A model generated the notes under the pieces. The model worked only from the letters and a program-made list of their open reading frames with translations. It was not told the DNA's origin and did not search any database. From the NCBI RefSeq assembly GCF_009914755.1, contig NC_060926.1: 64,000 nt of DNA. One strand, 5' to 3'. Both the position numbers and the translations under genes were made by a program. This document shows, in pieces, positions 56,241 to 64,000 of this stretch. The stretch comes from the human T2T-CHM13v2.0 reference genome, Homo sapiens. Each line of letters starts with the position of its first letter. Within the stretch, counting starts at the first letter, position 1.

Positions 56241-56864
56241 GAAGAAGTAGTTACTATTACTGTCTATCTATATACATATGTATCCAATCCTATAAAAAGA
56301 ATAACCAAAAGGATCCCTGATTTATAAAAGGATTATGCACTTCATAAAAACATTCGGGAATTATTCTGCCTATATTCAAATTTTACCTCACCAACTATTC
56401 ATTTACTAAGTCCAAGATGGCTGCCAGAGAACATTGAAAAACTGATAGACATAAAGTTTTAGGAGCCACAGACAAAGTATAGAGCCACTGAAATGCCTTG
56501 CACGTTGTCAGGCTCAATGGCTGTTAGCTAAACTGAGTTGACACTTTGATGTAAGTGAATAGGAAAGATAATTATCAAATGATACTATGACTTGAAACAA
56601 AATGCACAGATGCATGCATATGTGCACAGTCACACACATACATACACACATATGCATACACACACCCATCTCACTGCCTATCTTTTAATCACTGGAATTC
56701 TGCTTCCTTCATTTTTCTTTTCTGAACCCTTCTCATTGGCTCTTGACAGCATCACTATTGGCACACAAATAAACAACGTAGTGGAGAAGTCATACCACAC
56801 CTTAAGTTCATAGCATATACGCCTGCTATCATTAGTCTCTCCTACAAAACACTACAAAAAATAA

Positions 56865-57402
56865 TTCTCTTAGAAATGAAAACTTATGTTCACACAAAAC
56901 CAAGTACACAAATGTTAATAACATTATTTATAATAACCAAAACATGAAAACAATCCAAATGTCCATCAACAGATGAACAGAGAAACGAAATGTGGTATAG
57001 CCACGCAATATAATGGTATTTGGCAATAAAAATGAAGTACCGACACATGATACATTGTGGGTGAATCTCAAAAACACCATGCTAAGTAAAAGAAGTTACA
57101 CACAAAAGGTTGCATATTGTATGATTCCCTTTATACAAAATGTCCACAACAGGCAAATTCATAGAGACAAATAGCAGATTAGGGCTTGCCTAGATCGAGG
57201 GCAGTGGACAAGTAGGGGTGGTATGTACAAGGAGTGACTGCTAATGACTATGGGGTTTCTTTCTGGGGTGATGGAAGTATTCTAAAATTAGACAGCAATG
57301 ATGGTTATTTAACTCAGTAAATATATTTAAAATCATTGAATTGTATACTTAAACAGGTAAGCTTTATTGTTAGTAAATTATATTTCAATAAAGCTGCTAA
57401 AA
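56865..57402 (+). mobile_element. Old L1M (L1MB/ME1-like) 3' end
   Basis: agaaatgaaaacttatgttcacacaaaacc...caatccaaatgtccatcaac...ttatatttcaataaagctg. Confidence 0.9.
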
Positions 57403-57489
57403 AGTGATGTTCCTGAAGATGACCCTGAGCTAACAACCACCACCAAAAAAAAAGATCTTAAAAATATTTTATATACTTGAGTTTTAAAG

Positions 57490-57660
57490 ACAAAATACTA
57501 TCCTTAGTATAATATTTATACTTTAGTAAAAATACTAAATATTAATTTATATTATTATATGTATTAGTATAATTTATACTCTTAGTATTTATACTTTAGT
57601 ATATTTAGCATAAGTATAAAATATTATACTTTTTAGAAAAAATATTTAATATTTTAGCCT
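57490..57660. repeat. AT-rich degenerate minisatellite
   Basis: Recurrent ttagtat / tttatact units. Confidence 0.75.
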
Positions 57661-58504
57661 TTTAAATGATGTGGACACTGTTAATGGTGTCAACCTCATT
57701 TCCCAACAGTCAGAGGAATGAGGCTGATGGGCTTTGCAGAACACAAGTCACCTGCAGCCTCAATCTACTTTCAGAAAAGAAGACTCAGGTGTGGAAGTAA
57801 GGGCTAATATTTCCCAATAAAGTCCTACCTTCTGGTGTTCTCTGACTCCCACTAGGCCAGCCTGGGAGGGGAGCCTTTCCTCCGTGGGCAGAGGAAAGTC
57901 CCAGGAGACCCTGCATACTGGTAGATTCCATTAGAGTCTTCAGCTGACCTGCCAGTTCCAATGCCCTTTTAAAAATCTCTTAATACATCAGTGTAGTGTG
58001 GGGGAAAAAGAATCTCTTAGCAAAGTCTGTTATATTACCTGTCCAAAAGCCATTTATTCCTTCTACCCTAAGGTTCAGAATCCTAATTCTGGTTAGTTGC
58101 AAAGTGTACAACCTCAAAAAGTCCAGTTGAGGCTATAGTGGCAATGTGTATGACTTGCTTAAAAAAAAAAATTAGAGATGCTCTAGGAAAGGTGAGCCTC
58201 TTGGCTTTCCTCCTTGAGTGTGGTTGTGTGTAGTATTTTGAAACTATAAGGGAAATATTTCCTAAATGCTGAGGTTGGAAGAGCAGGACAATGGCAAGAG
58301 CCTAGATCCACAATGAGATCACCAAGCTGACGAATCAATTCTGGGGGTGCCTACCTTCTGACTTCCTGTTATATACCCTAATTAAATACTTTATCAGTCA
58401 ATCCACTATCACGTGGGTGTCTATTATGTGCAATCAAAGGATCTTAACTGGTACATCTACCAACCTAAAGATGCATAGTTTCTTCTAGATCAGGGCTTTC
58501 TGAT

Positions 58505-59495
58505 CACATCAGTCAGGATTAGGTTTGACTGTACATAAACACAACCTAAACAAGCAGAAGTGAAAGAAGTTAGGAGACAGAAACTCCAGAGCTCATATGA
58601 TGGCTCTATCATTATCAAGAACTCACTTTAATATTTTTGCAATACTATCCCTTAAGCTGCTATCCTCAAGATCACTTCATGGCCCAAGGTGGCTGTTGGA
58701 GCTCCAGCCATTATATTCACATTCAAAGACAAAGGAAGAGGAAAGTATGGAAGGACAATAGAAGAGAATCTGCCACAAGGAATCTTCTGGAAATGCCATC
58801 CAACAATCTGCTTATATCTCATTGACTAGGACTTGGTCCTGTCACATCTAATTGCAAAAACAAACAAATAAGCAAAGAGAAATGAATAAAAATGCTACAC
58901 TTTAACTTCACCGCCCCCCGCCTCATTTTTTAACTTTCTGTTGTTTCTATTTATATCTCATACTGCGTATGTCTTAAAAAGTTATTGTAGTTATTATTTT
59001 TGATAGGTTCATCTTTTAGTCTTCCTACTCAAGATACGAGTAATTTACACACCACAATTACAATGTCATAATATTCTGTGTATTTCTGTGTACTTAGGAT
59101 TACCAGTGAGTTTTGTACTTTCAGATGACTCTTTGTTGTTCATTAGTATCCTTTTCTTTCCAATTGAAGAACCCCCTTTAGCATTTCTTGTAGAACAGGC
59201 CTGGTGTCGATGAAATTCCTCAGGTTTGTTTGTCTGAGAAAGTCTTTATTTCTCCCTCGTGTTTGAAGGATATTTTTGCTAGATACAATATTCTAGGATA
59301 AAAGTTTTTCTTTTCTTTCAGCACTTTAAGTATGTCATGCCACTCTCTCCTGACCTGTAAGGTTTTCATGTGATCGCATCTTATTGCAAAGAAGACTGGG
59401 AAATGTCTTATAACTGGGCACGTTGTTGTGAGTTCCTATTTTTAAGAAAGAATGGAAAATGGATATTGCTAAGACAACTAACAACCTCTGTTACA
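58505..59495 (-). mobile_element. MaLR LTR (MLT1J/K-like) split by an L1 fragment
   Basis: tcagtcaggattaggttt...caaggtggctgttggagctccagcc...tctcattgactagg; resumes at tgcaaagaagactgggaaatgt...aatggatattg. Confidence 0.65.
58859..59368 (-). mobile_element. Internal L1M (L1MA-like) ORF1/inter-ORF fragment
   Basis: ctacactttaacttca, tttacacaccacaattaca, ccctttagcatttcttgtag, aagtctttatttctcc, tcatgccactctctcctg. Confidence 0.8.
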
Positions 59496-61130
59496 TATGG
59501 AGAGTATAAGTCCTTGCCTAATCTCAGTATACTCTTTCATTAACCAGAGTAACAGAAGATATTTTATGCTAAGGCTGCCCAAGGAAGTCAAGCTGGCAGA
59601 CAATATGGTCAGTGCGTCAGTTATCTCCAATGTGACAAAATTCATGTGCTTTTTAAGATGACACTTTGAAAATGATTAACATGTTTTAAAATGAAATCTA
59701 AATCAAACTCTGGGGTTACATGGAAAGCAGTTTGAAAACTCAGGATGGTGGATCACCAATGGCACCTGTATTGTTCCAGAAGATTCTAGAACCACCCAGG
59801 AATAAGACACTAGGTACAACTTGTGACAAGAAGACCAATTAGAAGAAAGAATAGCACTGGGTTCCACAACCAGAACTCACCCCCAAAAATCAGTTTTTAA
59901 ATGAGGAGCAACTGCCATGCTGACTTGTTTACAATATAGCTTTTTCTGAAGGAAAACTTAGGATACAGTATCTTCTGCTACCTTTGGTCAATTAGAATAT
60001 AATGGGACTAAAGGACAAGCTACTTAAAAACAATTCTTACTGCCCCTTATCTGGGTGAACCACTGTTTCCTCATATCTGTGGCAACAAGGAAACAACATT
60101 TATTAAAAAAAAATGGATAATGGAATTGATAAAAGAGCGGGGCATTCAGTTCTGATTTCAGATATTACAGATCATCAAAACAGACCCATTTTTCTCTCAG
60201 ATTAACTTTATATAAAATGAATGTTATACATTTGGACTCACAAAATAAATTTATGCTGATAAAAATCCTGAATTGTCTATTCAATGTCATGGAATTCCAA
60301 GATTTAATTGGAAAACTGGATTGTGCTGCTTAACAAATATCTGGAAACAGTTGCTAAAATTGTTTGAAAGCTACTATCTTATTCTGAAAGTGAAAGTCAG
60401 CTCAAACGTAGTTTGTACTTCTTAGTTCCAAGCCAGAAACATTAAAAATCAGCAGCGGTACAAATCTTGGAACTGGATGAAAACCTTACCCCCAGCCACA
60501 TTCTAATTTACGAGTGGACATGACTACAGCATATCCCAGGCCATCTGCTTGGATTCTAAGAGCCTACCCCCACAAATCATCAGGACTGCACAATTTCATG
60601 CTGAATTGATAACAGGGATCTTCCCTCTCAATTCCCCACGTGAACACCCCAAAGAAGCAGATGTGAGTCTCTAAATCCACCCCTTCAAAGCCGTCTCTCC
60701 TCCTAATCCCACCTGCCAGGCTGGCCTTGCCCATGACAGCATCCTCTCAGGGCTTTCTCCCAGACTTAAAAATACGGACTCTTAGAAACCGCCCCCTTAA
60801 CTTTTACATTGTCATATCTATTACTGTCTCATCCCTTGACTGCTGCTAAAGTTTCTCATGCTGCCAAATGCTCAAAAAGTGGTATTGTATCACAAGATGA
60901 AATTTTGCTTCTGTGCAGGCATGGAACCTGAATTTTCCTGGTGGCTTTCAGTCTTGCTTCATGAAGCTGCCTCATAGGCTGCTGTATGCCCAGACACCCT
61001 AGGAAGGGCTGTGAGACCCTCTCTTACTCCACAGCAGCAGCTCTTGGATTTGTCTTATGTATTGAGTATTCACACAGAAAGGCATTTGAACAAATGCACA
61101 CACACATTTCGCTGTAAGAACTTTGGAATC

Positions 61131-61851
61131 CATTGTTCAATTCCTACCTATGAGTGAGAATATGTGGTGTTTGGTTTTCTGTCCTTGCAATAGTTTGCTC
61201 AGAAAGATGGTTTCCAGCTTCATCCATGTCCCTAGAAAGGACATGAACTCATCCCTTGTTATGGCTGCATAGTATTCCCTAGTATATATGTGCCACATTT
61301 TCTTAATCCAGCCTATCATTGATGGACATTTGGGTTGTTTCCAGGTCTCTGCTATTGTGAATAGTGCTGCAATCAGCATACATGTGCGTCTTTATAGCAG
61401 CATGATTTATAATCCTTTGGGTATATACCCAGGAATGGGATGGCTGGGTCGAATGGTATTTCTAGCTCTAGATCCTTGAGGAATTGCCACACTGTCTTCC
61501 ACAATGGTTGAATAGTTTACAATCCCACCAACAGCGTAAAAGTGTTCCTATTTCTCCACATCCTCTCCAGCACCTGTTATTTCCTGACTTTTTAATGATC
61601 ACCTTTCTAACTGGTATGAGACGGTATCTCATTGTGGTTTTGATTTGCACTTGGACACAGCGTGGGGAACATCACACACCAGGGCCTGTCATGGGGTGGG
61701 GGGAAGGGGGAGGAATAGCATTAGGAGATATACTTAATGTAAATGATGAGTTAATGGGTGCAGCACACCAACATGGCACATGTATACATATGTAACAAAC
61801 CTGCACATTGTGCACATGTACCTGAGAGCTTGAAGTATTAAAAAAAAAAAA
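61131..61851. mobile_element. L1PA (about L1PA5-like), 5'-truncated with 5' inversion (twin priming)
   Basis: 61131-61649 antisense ORF2 C-terminus (IAALFTIAETWKQPKCPSMIGWIKKMWHIY), 61648-61851 sense 3'UTR plus poly-A; 17-bp TSD aagaactttggaatcca at 61116-61132 and 61852-61868. Confidence 0.95.
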
Positions 61852-62312
61852 AAGAACTTTGGAATCCACTGCTTGCTGAAGTGGCCTGCAGAAACCGCTT
61901 GAGGAACAGGGCACGAGTTTTTGCTCTTCCTGTTTTACAGAGAGTACCCAGTGTGCTCCCAGCTGTGGAAAACAATACGTCTCTCTTTTTGTCTTAGAAC
62001 AAGAGGGGCCACCTGTTTCTCAACTCCTGACATTGAAAGAACAGTTCTGTGTTCATATTGTCCATAATCCAATGGTTGATTTTATGGACTTGGAGTAATA
62101 TTCCAATGCAGTCTTTAATGTTTTGGAACTGAAGATTAATTTTTGGTATTTGGTCCTTAGGCGGAAACCTCTTGATCCTTCCAGCTGCATCTCTCATGAC
62201 TATCTTGACCATAGTGATGTCTGTCTTCAGGACTGGCATTAGCAGCCAGGCACAGCCCCAGCATGCTGTCCCTTTTGGTGCTTACCATGCACTGCATTTG
62301 CATGGTGGTGGC

Positions 62313-62826
62313 TGTAGGGTATAAGATAAAGGCACCTGATAGCAATAACTTAAACATACCCTTAAAATGATGCTGTATAGCAGATGCACCAGAATGTGTG
62401 TTCCAAGCTAGGGAATCTGGGAGTGGCCAACCCAGAGGTGTGTTCCTTATCTATGATAAACCTCTGAGGCCCCAGCCAATCCTGTGGAACACAGGCTATA
62501 CAGGAAAGTGAGGCCCTGAGGTTTGGGTTGGATGAAGGTTGCCAGGTGGATGTTGTTAGGGAGAGGGTGTTCAGTGAAAATGCTGCATATAAACTGCATG
62601 CTGTTTGTCAGTGGTTGCGGTTTTCCTGCCCAGCCCGCTGCCGCTGGACTGTAGGAACGAGGATATGTTGTCCAGTCCACCACCACTGGACTCTCTTTCC
62701 TATATTTAAGCTATAATTAAGCTCCCAATGAAACTCCACATCTTTTTTTGCTGGCTGTAGGTCTCTTCTTTGGCCTCTCAAACCTGGTCCCATCCCTACT
62801 GAGGTTAATAGGCGTTTGACTCTACA
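62313..62826 (+). mobile_element. LTR47-like ERVL solo LTR
   Basis: ggcacctgatagcaataacttaa...gggaatctgggagtggccaaccc...tatataaa-like TATA box...gtctcttctttggcctct...aca. Confidence 0.75.
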
Positions 62827-62929
62827 GCAGCCTTGCAGCACATCTTCCTGTACTAACTTCTACAGATGACTTTCAGAAGGCCATGCTTTTCTTTAAAAAC
62901 TTTCTGCACTTCTTCATTTCCCAGGGGAG

Positions 62930-63170
62930 CAGCCATTTAGTGTAGCAATTGAGCCTATGAGCTCTGGTGTTGGACTGCCTGAGAACCCCACTTTGACACT
63001 TACCTGCTGTGTGACCTTGAACAAGTTGCATAACTTTGCTAAACCTCAGCTTCTTCAGCAGCAAAGTGCATATTCAAAATATCACCTACTTCATTGGGTG
63101 CTGTGAGAAGATAATGTACCAGGATAACTCAGCCCAGGTCTGGTAATGCTTGGTCTATATTAGTTATTAC
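62930..63170 (+). mobile_element. MIR SINE
   Basis: cacttacctgctgtgtgaccttgaacaagttgcataac...aacctcagcttcttca. Confidence 0.8.
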
Positions 63171-64000
63171 AGATTAAATGCATGCCTGCGTCTCTGCTAA
63201 AATATAAGCTTCCTAGCAGCTGTGTGGCTGGCACACAGTAGTACCCGATAATCATGTGCTACATAAATGAATGAACGGATCCATAAAGTCCAAGCTCTTC
63301 TGCTGAGTGTGGACTATCAGAAAGTGCATGGGCTTTTGCTGCCAGAGAGATACAGGTCGATATCCAGGTTTCCTCCATGGTGCCCGCCAGTTGCTTCTGA
63401 TATGTGGCATCTGGGCTGCCTAGGATGTTGAATGATGAATGTAATGTGTTGTGGATGATTATGAGGATGGAATGGGGTTACTCTGTTGTGTCAGGGTGGA
63501 CTTGAATGGAGTCTCCTCCTCCCCAGGGAAGGTCACCTGGGGCTCTGTGAGCTGGGCAGAGCTCACTCTGTGGTCCAGTAAACACAGGCTGCTTTGGGAA
63601 GGAAGCAAATGCGTTCTTAGCAGAACACAACCAGGGTTTTAGTTCTTAGCGAATAGTGTGAAGCTCTGTGAATAGGGGGTCTGTGAAGAAAAGTCATCTT
63701 TGAGCTGTGAGGTTTGATGCATTTTAAAGATTTTTAGCCAAGAACAAGCTGCAACCAGTGTGGAAGTTCTCTCTTCGGCCCTCCCTACTCTCCAGAGGAT
63801 CAGCGCTCACCCACTTTGCTCCAAGCCCTTGAAGCCCCCACACTGGATGCCCTTGAAACAGTGCTTCACTGTCCACATCCCATGGCAGCAGAAACTGCAA
63901 AGGAGCAGAGCCTCAGCATTAAGCAAATATCTATGTCTCAGAAACGTGTCAGAGGCAAGGGAGAACCTGGACCATGATGCTTGCTGAGGGAGAGTAGATG

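Noticed and set aside
61137-61650. ORFs with strong similarity to L1 ORF2p C-terminus
   Set aside because: Truncated, inverted and frame-disrupted retrotransposon fragment.

Overview
Human-type (primate) non-coding genomic DNA. A full-length AluYa5 carrying its diagnostic substitutions points specifically to human. I see no credible protein-coding gene, RNA gene, CpG island or CRISPR array. The listed ORFs are chance frames or fragments of Alu, L1, Tigger1 or CR1. The window is a mosaic of interspersed repeats (7 Alus, old L1M fragments, one 5'-inverted L1PA, MIR/L2/L3, MaLR/ERV solo LTRs, hAT and Tigger DNA transposons) alternating with repeat-poor, motif-dense stretches that look like intronic or gene-desert enhancers. 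The most notable unexplained structures are two local inverted duplications. The first is a gap-free 306-bp pair (about 90% identical, 17138-17443 / 18047-18352) whose 603-bp loop holds a good CTCF-like motif. The second is a ~113-bp pair (about 82% identical, 41903-42015 / 42829-42942) with one arm sitting inside a TA-rich tract. Repeat subfamily names come from my recall of consensus sequences, not a database search, and the ends of old repeats are approximate. I cannot identify the chromosomal locus.
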